Of a stretch of DNA of 64,000 nt, positions 51,150 through 63,639 are shown one piece after another. Source of the stretch: Gekko japonicus (taxonomy: Eukaryota). Position 1 is the stretch's first letter; every line of letters begins with the position of its first letter. A model generated the notes under the pieces. The model saw nothing but the letters and a program-made list of their open reading frames with translations. It had not been told where the DNA came from and searched no databases. The stretch is taken from assembly GCF_001447785.1 (NCBI RefSeq), contig NW_015165838.1:160857-224856 (forward strand). Direction: 5' to 3'. The position numbers and the translations under genes were made by a program.

Positions 51150-53824
51150 GTATTTATATTTTTATTTATTTTTGGATTTATATCCCGCCCTCCCAGAGTT
51201 AAAACAGATAACACAGCCTAAAACAGTAAAACAATATAATACAACAACAAAGTGTCAGTGCTCCATTTATCACAAGATGGGGTAGATCTTAATCCAATGG
51301 CAATTGATCCCGCAACCTGTCATCCCCTCTCCTTCCAGGGTCACCTCACACCCAGATGGAACCACATATTAGTGGTAGTGGTGCGATGCTGCATACATAT
51401 CGGTGGTGGAATTGTAGTGGCAGCGGCTCCTACTCAAAAGCTTGGTGGAAGAGCTCCATCTTACAGGCCCTGCGGAACTGAGAAAGGTCCCGCAGGGCCC
51501 GGATCTCCTCTGGGAGCTCCTTCCATCAGGTAGGAGCTGCCACCGAAAATGCCCTGGCTCTAGTAACAGCAAATTTAATATCCCTGGGGCCTGGAATTTC
51601 CAGGAGATGTTGACTCCTCGAACGTAGTGCCCTTGTGGGGGAACATATGGGGAAAGGTGGTCCCATAGGTAAGCCGGACCCTGGCCATACAGAGCTTAAA
51701 GGTAAGAACCAGGACTTTGAAGCGGATCCAGTACGCTATTGGTAGCCAGTGCAGCGCTTTCAGCACAGGCCGAATGTGATCCCTCCTAGAGAGACCCATC
51801 AACAGCCTGGCTGCAGCATTCTGCACTAGCTGCAGCTTCCGGATCCGCGACAAAGGCAGCCCCAAGTGGAGAGCGTTACAGTAGTCTAACCTCGAGGTGA
51901 CCATCGCATGGATCACTGTGGCCAGGTCATCGCGGTCAAGGAAGGGGACCAACTGCCGAGCCAGCCGAAGATGATAAAAGTCCGACTTGGCAGTGGCTGC
52001 CACCTGGGCTTCCATTGTTAGAGAGGAGTCCAGGAGCACACCCAAACTCCTAACCTCCGACGATGGCACCAAAGGCACCCCATCGAAGGTCGGGAGTGGG
52101 AGCCCCAGCCCTAAACTGGTCCGACTCAGGCCCAGGACCTCCGTCTTTGCTGGGTTTAGTTTCAACCGGCTCAGTCTGAGCCACCCAGCCACAGCCTGTA
52201 ATGCCCGATGAAGGTCATCCGGGGCAGAGCTCGACTGGCCGCCTAACATCAGATAGAGCTGGGTGTCATCCGCATATTGATGACACCTAAGCCCACAATT
52301 CCGGGCAATCTGGGCAAGGGGGCGCATGTAGATGTTAAACAACATCGGGGACAGCACAGCCCCCTGTGGCACCCCACATTCAAGGGGATGTCTCCGGGAC
52401 CGCTGGTCCCCTATCGCCACCCTTTGTCCCCGACCTTGGAGAAAAGAGGCAACCCATTGAAGGGCAAGCCCCTGAATCCCCACATCGGCGAGGTGGTGGG
52501 TCAGCAACTGGTGGTCGACCATGTCAAACGCAGATCTAACAGCACCAGTGCTGCCACACCACCCCGATCCAAATGCCTACGGAGGTTGTCAGTCAGGGCG
52601 ACCAGCACCGTCTCTGTCCTATGACCCGGGCAGAAGCCGGTCTGGAAGGGATCGAGGACAGAAGTATCATCCAGAAAGCCCTGTAGCTGTAATGCCACTG
52701 CTCTCTCAATAAGTTTGCCCGAATAGGGCAAATTGGACACCGGCCAATAGTTGGCCAATTCGGTTGGGTCCAAAGATGGCTTTTTCAAGAGAGGGTGGAC
52801 CATCGCTCAGGGAATCATCCCTCCAAGAGGGACATATTGATAATCTCCCGGAGGACACCTCGAAATCCCTCATGGCATGCTTTTATGAGCCAGGAGGGGC
52901 ACGGATCAAGGTGGCATGTGGTTGGACGTACAGATACGAGCAATCTGTCAACTTCCTCCAGGCTGAGCAGGTCAAAACACTCTAAACCCGGCACCAACGG
53001 CGTGCGAGGGGCCTCAAGTTCACTCACTGTTTCAATTGTGGCGGGGAGGTCACGACAGAGCGCCACAAATGCCTCGCAGCCAATATCCAATTCCCTAACA
53101 TTTTGCCTGCCCTGTGGCAGAGCTGTCAAAGACCGAATTATACTAAATAATTGGGCCAGACATGAGCTACCAGATGCAATCGAGGTTGCATTGAAGTCTC
53201 CCTTTGCGGCTTTGACTGCCATCTCATAGGCTTTCATAAGCATCCTATAGGATGTTCTTGACGCCTCATCACGAGCTCGACGCCACCGTCTCTCTAGCCA
53301 TCTCAGTTCTCGCTTCAGCTCTCACAGCTCCTGGATATACCAAGGCGCTTGCCTAACACGAGTGCAGAGAGGGTGCCTGGGAGCAATCTCGTCGATGGCT
53401 GAGGAGAGCCGGACATGCCAGTCCTCCACCAGCTCATCCAACGAGCCGCCAGGGGGCCTCGGATCCCACAGGGCCATCTGGAATCGCATTGGATCCATTT
53501 GGTGCCGCGAGCGAGCAGAAATCCGCTCGCCGCCTAAACAAGGTCGGGGTGGAACATTCAGATGAGCCTTCAGGGCCAGATGGTCCGACCATGGCATTGC
53601 CTCTACAGTGATCCGATCCACCATCACACACAACCCCGCAAAGATCAAATCGAGCATATGACCGTCCCGATGCGTGGGAGCTGAGATGAATTGAAAGAGT
53701 CCCAGTGCCACCATGGACGACACCAGGTCCGTAGCCCAGCTGGAGGTCACGTCCTTGGCATGGACGTTGAAATCACCCAAGACAATCAGCCTAGGGTGCT
53801 CCAACGCCCAGCCTGATACGGCCT
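51150..53824 (-). mobile_element. 5'-truncated L2-clade LINE, ~2.7 kb, ORF2 broken by frameshifts
   Basis: APE endonuclease motifs IVLGDFNVH and WSDH; RT motifs PLLKKPSLDP..NYWPVSNLP, GVPQGAVLSPMLFNIY, QYADDTQLY, SRLDYCNAL and LHWLPI. Ends in an (AATA)n-type tail, with a possible CCAGTGT TSD. Confidence 0.93.
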
Positions 53825-55064
53825 CCAGTGTTGATCTGGACTATTTTGTTGGTGCTGTAACTTTGGCTTGTTACAAAAGTGTTCCCTCACCATGGAAGCA
53901 GCTGCAAATTACATGGGAATGAACAAGAATTGTACCCACATGTCCCATCCTTGTGTTGTTCACTGCTACACACCCATCCCCCATCATATCTACACAGATG
54001 TACAGACAAGATGGAGGCTGCACAAGGCCCACCCACAGCTCAGCACCCCTCCCCTTGCTTAACAGTCAGGAAAAGAAAATTTGATTTAAAGGGCCAAAAG
54101 GGGGAGGAAATATGGCATTTAGTTCCACTCCTCCCTACGGTGGGCAGCCAAACACTGGCAACTGGCAGGAAGTATATGGGGGTGGGAATATGCAAATATG
54201 CATCAGTTCAATGTTGTAACATCACTTCTGGTACAACCACTGCATTGCACCACCATGATGCCTTCACTTCTGGGTTTACACCACAAGTGGTGTCGCAGCA
54301 TTGGAATATGTATTCCACCACCACCACCATTTTTACTGCTCTACTGAGCAGCAGCAAGCAAATTAGACTGCCAGTGGGAGGTCTCTTGCCATAACAGGAT
54401 TCCCTCTCTAAGTCTGTATCTATTAACCCAATGAGGCACCTCTAGACACCATGGCGCTGGAACTTCCGGTCTAAGCATTTTGCCGCTCAGACACATCTCG
54501 TCTCGCTCGGATGGAGACGCGCCAAGACCCGGCTGACAGGAGGGGTTCGAGTTTGTCCCGGACCCCCCCCCCCAGGGTTTCTATAGAAGACCCCCAGCCT
54601 GGGGAGCTGAGGAGAGCCTCTTCCAAGGGGATGCCCAAGGAATTGAGGCTCACCTTCTTCCCCGATAGGTACCATCGCCACGGAGCCAGCATGGCGCCTA
54701 GAGATGACTGCCGAAGCAAGTGATAACAACCAACTCATTAAAAAGACTTCCAAAAGATCTCCAAGGCTACAAACTGTGAGTTAAGCAAAGCTCAGGTGAA
54801 AAATAAGTGAATGGAGCCTTGGTAATAATTGGAAGCGCCTAAGTTTGAAGTGCAGGGGGAGGAGATTTCAAGCCCCCCCCCCAATAGGAGTAAACTGTAA
54901 AAAACAGTTTTAAAGTGAAAATAAAGAGACTTTGAGCCAAACCAAGCACATTAGAAGTTAAGTGAACGCAAAAGCTGCTAAAATATATGAAGCGGAATTA
55001 AAACATATAACTTTTGCTTTGTTTTGGAAAACTTACTTCTTGTTGCTATTATGGCTGGGAGAGG

Positions 55065-56186
55065 ATGGAGAGCGCCGGAAAAAAACTGGTGACCGAAAAA
55101 AAACATACCAACAACTCCCTCCCAGAACCAGGAAGCATCTACAGACCTTTCTTTGCTGTTAGCAAATGCACTGCGTCCTCTAATGGAACAGATGACTACT
55201 CTTAACACCAAACTAGACAATGTGCAAATACAGCTAAAGCAAATGGACAAGAGAACTACAGCAACTGAGAAAACATTGAACAAGATGGAAAAACAGACTG
55301 AGAGTATTAATAAAAGAGTGGATGAAGCAGAGAAGGAGAGATCCTCGGATAAAACGCAACTAATACAGCTCCAGCTGGAAAGATCAATGTATGTTCTACG
55401 TTTCCATGGAATACCTAAGGATAAGAATGAGGATTTAAAGGAACTCTTGGTGGTTGCCTTGGCCCCACTAATGGATTACAAACAAGAAGACTTAATTAAG
55501 GAAATGGATGTGGCGTACAGGACTTATCCGGACTTTATAAAGAAAAATAAACTCCCAGGGGAAACTTATTTAAAATTTATGAAACGATCAACCAGGGAAC
55601 TGGTGCTAAAGTCAACAATGGGGAAATCCTTTAAAATCAAGAATGAAGAGATAAAAATTTTGAAAGACATCCCATTCGAAGTAAGAAAAAAGAGGAAACT
55701 ATGCAGGATGCTTACTCTCTCGCTGCAAAAAAGGGAATAGCGTATAGATGGCTATTTCCAGAATGGTTGAGTTTTAATTACCAGGATAAAAAATATATAC
55801 CGTATTTTTTGGACCATAAGACGCACTTTTTCTTTCAAAAAAAGTGGGAGGAAAAGTGAGTGCGTCTTATGGACTGAAGGTTCAGAATATTTTTTCCCTG
55901 TTTTCCTCCTTTAAAAACTAGGTGCGTCTTAAGGTCAGGTGCGTCTTATGGTCCGAAAAATACGGTAATTGACTCTGTTCCAAAAGCAGAAAGATTTATG
56001 GATCAAATGCTTAATGTAAAAAAGAAGCAGAAGGAAAAGAATTTAAAAATGGATGCAGAGGAGCAAGAAGAAGATGAGGAGTCCTACTCACAGGACTCAA
56101 CAAGCCAAACTTCCTCGTCATCAGAATCATCTGAATTGGAAAAAAGGAGAGGCCGCTCCCAAATTGCAGAAAATGAAGAAATCTAA
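55065..56186 (+). pseudogene. L1 ORF1p-like reading frame (coiled coil, RRM, CTD, acidic tail), broken by frameshifts and a MITE
   Basis: Heptad region, then LRFHGIP...EDLKELL...MDVAYR...KFMKRSTRELVLK...IKILKDIPFEVRKKRK. After a frameshift it reads IAYRWLFPEWLSFNYQDKKY and continues beyond the MITE as IIDSVPKAERFMDQM. Confidence 0.8.
55800..55965. mobile_element. Tc1/mariner-type MITE, 166 bp, TA TSD
   Basis: TIRs CCGTATTTTTTGGACCATAAGACGCAC / GTGCGTCTTATGGTCCGAAAAATACGG flanked by TA. Confidence 0.92.
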
Positions 56187-58877
56187 GAAGAAAAGACTCT
56201 AAAACTAAAGCATGAGTGCTAAGGGCAGTAAGTGTGCCAAGCTAATAACTTTATACTATTTATAATCAAACTAATCTCTGTATAACCTGTACTAATAGGT
56301 TAAAAAGGTCTATTTTAAAGCTTTTTTAGATCGTGATTTGTATTAGTCTTTACCCCTTCCCCATATCCAGTAGGAGATTTAGAACAAAATGGTAGTTTTT
56401 CCTCCCCTTATCCAGTAGATTATATGTATCTAGACTTCCCTGACCCATTTCCCATAGTAATAGTGATAGGGCATTACTACTCCTTTCCCCATTCCATATA
56501 TGTAGTGTGTAGAAAATGCAAAAATAAAAAAATTCCCCTTCGGGGGGCCAAAAAAAAAAATAGACACCATGGCGCTTGCTGACACCTTTCCTGGTGCCCA
56601 CCATGTTTTTAGGAAGAGGGGAAGTCCAAGCAGGACTTTTGTTCAGCAAGTTTTCTGATTGGCTGTGCAGTTGTTTTTTTAAAGCATTGCTTCAGCAGCA
56701 GCTGCAATCACAAGACAAAGATCTTCAGTGTGTGACTGAAGGTAAGTTGTGTGTATGCAAGGAAATATTTAAACAATTTATTTATTTTCAAAGGCATCCT
56801 GTAAAACAGAACTTCTGCTGGAAATATCAGAGAGTGACAATTAGAGTTAGGCATAATCTCACTCCCTCATATTTTGAAGCTGGCTCCTCCTCTTGTGTCT
56901 GTGTCTACCACCCTGTGTCAGAATTCCAAAGGTACCTGCAGGCTCAAAAAGGTTGAGGACCTCTGTATTAACCACATGATCATTGCACGGCCTAGTTTAA
57001 AAGAGATGGGAGAGAGATGGAAGGAAGAACTGTACAATTTCTGATCAAAGAAACCCTAGTGTGAGCACCTCTGCCCTCCGCTGTCATGTCCCACTCATCT
57101 GGGTTCCCCAGGCCAAATCAGGAGGAAAGACAATGGTTGCAGCACCTCTGGCCTCTCCAATCCCCAGGGAGCACTCAACCTTCTGTTTAGGCACAGTGTC
57201 TTCCCCTTTCCCTCCTCAGTCAGGTCCTGACACCCTTCTTTTATACCCTGCCCCAAAACTCTGGCTCTCTACCCCCTTTGGTACTGCCTGGACCAATTCC
57301 CTGTCCTGTGGGCAGGACATTCCTACCTTCCCTGTCCCCTTTCTTTCCCCCCACTTCCCCGAGTCTTGGTCTGGCTTGGCCAGAGTTGATCTCTTCCTCC
57401 TTGCTCCGATCCAGGTGGTCAAGATTGGCAGCCTCTGGATAACTCTGCCCAGCCAAGGAAGATTCTCTCCTCTTATCTTAAAAAGCTAGGATCTCTCCAG
57501 TGAAGGCTGATTGACATCATCAGCCAGCAAGAGGAGGCTGTTGCAGGTGCCCACTGCTGCTTGAGGCCAGTATTGAATCTGGCAGCAAGGCATGACTCCA
57601 GCTCAAACCTGTTCCCAGCCCTTGCAGTGGCTCCAAGGCTGAGGGTGGCGATGGGGTTCTAGGCCCCACATGGCCAGCCCAGTCTTGGGTGTCAGTGGCA
57701 GCTGGCCCAGGACAGCCATCTGGTGGCAACAGGGTTCCCTGCTCCCTCATAGATGACTCCCAGTGAGGTAAGGCTGGCAGACCTGGGATTGTTGGTGCAG
57801 CAGGGTCCAGGGGTGGCAGAATGGGGATTTGGACATGGTTCAGGAGAAGATTGGGAAGTAAAAGCGTCCCTGGAACAAGCCAAGCTGAATGGTCTGTGCA
57901 GGGGTCTATGCAGAGGCCTCTGAGCTAAGCAGCACCAGCAAAAGGCATTAGATCACCTCTCACTTTTCCCCCATAACCTGGTAGTAGTGCAGAAGGAGAT
58001 ATCCAGTGAGCTGACACCCATTACCATTGCTACTTAACAGTCTGAGCCAAGTGGCCTATGAGGCATTGGCAAAGTTGTTTGGTTTGACTCCTGCCGGCCT
58101 GTTCCTGGCCACCAGGAGTCCTCTAGAGCAGCGACTCACTGGGAAATGGTTGGATTGGGGTTGGGGAAATGAGGGGTGCAGGAACTTTCTTATGCACTCT
58201 CATTCCAAATGTGTTCAATTTTGGGAGGGAGACAAGCTGGCTTCCCAATTGTGGGGGTGGGGAGAGATGTTCAAAATCAAGACTCATTTTATTTCATTAC
58301 ACATTCTTAAATCAGAAAACATTTTTGTAGCATTTCAATATTCAACACAGAATATTTCAACACACACCCCCATGCATAAATAGTGCACTTGTGCAATTCT
58401 ACAAAGGATATTCTTGGTTATTCTGCCAAGACCCATAACTGAGGGTGGTTGATCAGAACAACCAGGAACAAGACTAAAATCAGACATTAAGTACTCTTTT
58501 TCACCCATAGAAGCTACTACTGTCAGTCAAGTCTGTGATGAGCATTTAACATACATCTGACATATACAACAAAGTCAGCCCTTTCTATCTCTGGGGTCAG
58601 GAAAGTCAAGGAAAGCTGGGTTAAGCCAGCGTGACTCACAGAATCAAGGTAGCCAGTTTCTGATCTATTTATCTGATCTATCTTATCTATTTAAAATTTG
58701 ATAGTGACTGCTGTAAAGTATAAACATTCCCAGTAGGCAAAAGTCTCATGAGGCAAAGTCATGTCCAGTGAAGGCCACACACAGCACATAGCAGCAGCCT
58801 GAAGCTTCCTGGGAGCAGAACAGAACCAACGTTTCAACCATATAGGCTAATCACTTTAGATATTAAAGTAGTACAGA

Positions 58878-59100
58878 CAGGGCTATTTTGGGGCAGGAAC
58901 GCACAGGAACGGAGATCTGGCTGGCTTCAGAGTTGGCCACGCCCACTACAGCCAAAACCTCTGCATACGTGGCTACAGAGGGAAGACCTGGAGAGCTACC
59001 CCCCCCCGACAATTCCAAGGTGGGCAGGCTGGGGGGGGCTGGAAGGATCGGGGAGGCATTTAAATTCCTCCCTGTGCCTTCCCCAGTCTGTGCAAGGGCC
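58878..59100. mobile_element. Truncated hAT MITE, same family as 40051
   Basis: Left end cagggctattttggggcaggaacgcacaggaacggag is identical to 40051. Confidence 0.8.
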
Positions 59101-61573
59101 GGCTTGCCCGGCAGCAAACTGATTCGATGTGATCTTTGTCCTCTACATTTTGTATTTATTTATGGGACAACCAGAGAATTGGCAACACAGGCATTAAGTG
59201 CTACAAAATGTGCTGTTTATAAAACATTCATACCCAACATTCTTCTCTTCCCAAGTTGTCCTGTCAGTCACCAAGTAAATTCCCAGTTGTCAGGTCATGA
59301 CATCCATACACATACCTAGTACATATTATAGGCTGTCGGTTTTCCAGCCATGCCATTACCATGGTGGTGGGTGTTTTCTTCCCCTCAGACTGAATGGTCT
59401 AAGGACATATCACATATTATCCCTCATGAATGAAACGTTCTGAAAGCCCTAGAGCATCAATTAGACCCAAGAGAGCAATTTGGTTAACTAGACAATTTCC
59501 ATCTATCAAAAATTCTGAAGACTGACTGTCATGCCACCAAGAACACTTTGAGTAACCACTCAGAGCGCTTATAGGGATGGACAAAGAAGAGTGCAAATGT
59601 AGATCTGCCAGTGTCACGAGCTTTATTCAGAAAGTCCTTACAACAAACTCCAAAAGGGGAAACTAGCAATAAACCAGCTGAGATGAAATGCACTCAAAGG
59701 CACATTATTTATTATTACCTCGCATGTTCTAATCTGAAATAATGGGTCCAAGATCTGAAGTCAAACAGATAATGTTCCCTGACAAATGGGATGCACACAA
59801 GTCTGAAATGTACCCTGTGTTGATTTTCTTTTAACTGGCTTGGCTGTCTTTTTTCAAGTTAATGCAGCATATGTCTGGTAGAGAGGCAAAGTACTGCCTA
59901 TAGATTAAATGCATAATATCTGTGTAAACTGCCCATATTCCTTGCTGTATGGAGATATTCTGTTTTCTATCTAAATGGACTAGAACAAATATTTCTGGCT
60001 CTATAATCTTTTTTAATACTGTTATACAACTATGAACAGATTTCTAACGGCAAACTCCTGGATACATGTTGCTATTAACATGTGATAAAAACAGGAGTTC
60101 TTTAATAGCTTGGGAGGATGGAGTATAGAATTTACCATTTAAAATAATTGTTTTCTGTAAGTTTACCTGACAGGGGTGGGGCACAATTACTGCAGTTTAT
60201 AAAGCTTTAACTGACCCAAGTAAAAAGACAACAATTAAAAATACTAGAACTAAGAAAGGGCCTTTAAAAATGCTTTTGCTGTGGTATATTTAAGACAAGA
60301 GGCTGGGGGGGGCTGGAAGGATCGGGGAGGCATTTAAATTCCTCCCTGTGCCTTCCCCAGTCTGTGCAAGGGCCGGCAAACTAAGCAGCAAACTGATTCG
60401 ATGTGATCTTTGTCCTCTACATTTTGTATTTATTTATGGGACAACCAGAGAATTGGCAACACAGGCATTAAGTGCTACAAAATGTGCTGTTTATAAAACA
60501 TTCATACCCAACATTCTTCTCTTCCCAAGTTGTCCTGTCAGTCACCAAGTAAATTCCCAGTTGTCAGGTCATGACATCCATACACATACCTAGTACATAT
60601 TATAGGCTGTCGGTTTTCCAGCCATGCCATTACCATGGTGGTGGGTGTTTTCTTCCCCTCAGACTGAATGGTCTAAGGACATATCACATATTATCCCTCA
60701 TGAATGAAACGTTCTGAAAGCCCTAGAGCATCAATTAGACCCAAGAGAGCAATTTGGTTAACTAGACAATTTCCATCTATCAAAAATTCTGAAGACTGAC
60801 TGTCATGCCACCAAGAACACTTTGAGTAACCACTCAGAGCGCTTATAGGGATGGACAAAGAAGAGTGCAAATGTAGATCTGCCAGTGTCACGAGCTTTAT
60901 TCAGAAAGTCCTTACAACAAACTCCAAAAGGGGAAACTAGCAATAAACCAGCTGAGATGAAATGCACTCAAAGGCACATTATTTATTATTACCTCGCATG
61001 TTCTAATTGAAATAATGGGTCCAAGATCTGAAGTCAAACAGATAATGTTCCCTGACAAATGGGATGCACACAAGTCTGAAATGTACCCTGTGTTGATTTT
61101 CTTTTAACTGGCTTGGCTGTCTTTTTTCAAGTTAATGCAGCATATGTCTGGTAGAGAGGGAAAGTACTGCCTATAGATTAAATGCATAATATCTGTGTAA
61201 ACTGCCCATATTCCTTGCTGTATGGAGATATTCTGTTTTCTATCTAAATGGACTAGAACAAATATTTCTGGCTCTATAATCTTTTTTAATACTGTTATAC
61301 AACTATGAACAGATTTCTAACGGCAAACTCCTGGATACATGTTGCTATTAACATGTGATAAAAACAGGAGTTCTTTAATAGCTTGGGAGGATGGAGTATA
61401 GAATTTACCATTTAAAATAATTGTTTTCTGTAAGTTTACCTGACAGGGGTGGGGCACAATTACTGCAGTTTATAAAGCTTTAACTGACCCAAGTAAAAAG
61501 ACAACAATTAAAAATACTAGAACTAAGAAAGGGCCTTTAAAAATGCTTTTGCTGTGGTATATTTAAGACAAGA
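59027..61573 (+). repeat. Near-identical tandem duplication, two units of ~1,274 bp
   Basis: Copy 1 is 59027-60300 and copy 2 is 60301-61573. Duplicated ORFs in the track are offset by 1274 (59417 vs 60691). Confidence 0.97.
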
Positions 61574-63639
61574 GTCATGAAAAGAAAAGGGATTCTCTAG
61601 TTGAAAGAATACAAGCTTTCAATCCCTACTGTGTTTTGTTCAGCATTTGTAGTATCTATTCTGTACCCTCTCTTGTAAACTGAAGCAAACCCAGCAATAG
61701 TATGCCCATGGCAAAAGCTCCTACCATTCTGTAAAATGTCTATTTTAAAAAAAATCCAAACAACTTTGAAAATCTGCAGAACATTTTCCTCATAACGAAC
61801 ACCAGATCATCTGATAAATAGAGGCCTGTTCCGCTATTACTTCTTCTCTGCTTTCCCCTACCCCACCTTGGCTTTACAATTCCTTTCATCAGGCATATTC
61901 ATTAAAATCAGGTTCACGGTTTTCAGTCTCAGGGTTGCATGATGAAACAGCTGTCAATAAAACCTTAAAGAGGATTGGTGCTCACATGTCCCTGGCATGG
62001 CTGAAGGGGTAAAGTTGCTCCTATCACTCCTAGAAAGATTAAAGCCTGGATCTATCGGAGGTTGCTTATTTAAAAAAAACTGCAAAGAGCACATTACATA
62101 AATCAACTATTGTGGGTGAAGTAATCATCCTTAAGAATATAGAAAAATGCATTAATTCTGGCTTATGTAGGATACTGTGGACTTATCTACTGCATAACAC
62201 ATCCTACACAAGAAACAAATATAATACCTTGCCTCACCTAATCAGAAAAATTGCCTCTGTGGATGTACTATTCAGGGCCAGCTCTATCAGCAGGTCACCT
62301 CAAGAAGCAGATTTAAGGGGCAGCAACCTGCCATCCTGCCTTTCACCAGCCTTCAACTGCCACTTAGCCAGCTATCTGTCCACCTACGGTACCTAAGCGA
62401 CAAAAGCCAAATGAGATCATCATCCTTACTTTCTTGCTCACCCCAGACTTTCCCCGAAATAGAACATCTGGCCATGCATGCTAGTTCCCAAACTCCCCAA
62501 ATATTTCTTCTTCTCATGAGACTTTGGAGATGCCATTTCGGTTCCCAGGAAATGTTGGTCAGACTCTTGCAAGAAGTAGTATCCTTGCAAGTGTTCAGGA
62601 AACTTGGCATGCGCAGCTTGCTGTGCTTTTTTAAAGAATCACTGGGATAGTGAAGAGGTAAAGAGGATTATCTCGTCCAGCTACCGAGCACCACAGTAAG
62701 GTGGGAACCGCGAGAAATGTTGAAGTGCAGTGATGGTGGGGACTGCTGTCTCAGGAAGAAAAACGTCTTGATGCCACTGATACTATACACACTATACAAT
62801 AGCTGTGCTGGGTCAGATCAAAGTCTAGCATTCTCTCCCTAGCATTATCTAGCCAAACGTCACTAGGAAGCTCACAAACACAGAATGATGGAGAGATTCA
62901 GGTTGGAGTTCATCATTACAAGCATCCTGAAACTGAAGGTATAGAACCTCTGGACACAGGAGTTCCATTCTTAGCTACTATAATTAATAGAAATAAATTG
63001 CATTAACTCTGCATTATGGTACATACAAATGTATTCCTTCATTACACATAGTGTGAAGTATTTTCTCTCATTTGTCTTGAACATACTGCTAATCTCCCTC
63101 AACCATACTCTAGCATTCTGAGAGGAAATATTACTTCTATTCCTTCACTCTCTTCACACAAGTCATAATTTTCTAAACCACTTGTAGTAAAAGAGTTGTC
63201 AGTATTTAAAGGCTGTGTCCATTTAGAGAGAGGGGGTTACAACATGGAGCAGCTGTCAGACTTCTTTATATCCTAATAAGACAGAACTGTTGTTGAAATG
63301 TTTCTACAACTGGGCTGACACAATTGGGCTGAGGGGTCTAACAGTAACTTTACAACCAGTTTGGACAGTTAGCACATTAACTACTTTTGTTCCTTTAAGT
63401 TTACCCTCAGACATTAAAATGAAACCAAGGTGGTGCCAAAATTGTACCATGTGACACATGCTACAACATGGCTGCCTGAGGACTTGGTAAATCTCCACCC
63501 TAGTGCTGTACATGCCTTCAGCAGTTTGGACTGAACTGGATATTTACCGCATGATTGGGGGAACCACATGAACAGACAACCTGGAGCCTTTCTGAAGTTG
63601 CAGCCACATCATCCTCATTAGCTATGACAAGTGGGGAGA

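Larger units (their letters stand above)
54459..56560 (+). mobile_element. Complete L1-derived ORF1-only (HAL1-like) retroelement
   Basis: 16-bp TSD TAGACACCATGGCGCT at 54443-54458 and 56561-56576; GGAACTTCCGG CpG-rich 5' end; ORF1-like coding region; AATAAA at 56523 and A11 tail; no ORF2. Confidence 0.85.
54429..56965. mobile_element. hAT MITE with 8-bp TSD TATTAACC, host of the ORF1-only element
   Basis: TSD at 54421-54428 and 56966-56973; right TIR aaaaggttgaggacctctg; left end degenerate. Confidence 0.75.

Noticed and set aside
55153-55740. 195-aa coiled-coil ORF as a domesticated gene (L1TD1-like)
   Set aside because: It has frameshifts and a MITE insertion and is bounded by a TSD and poly(A), so it is a decayed element copy.
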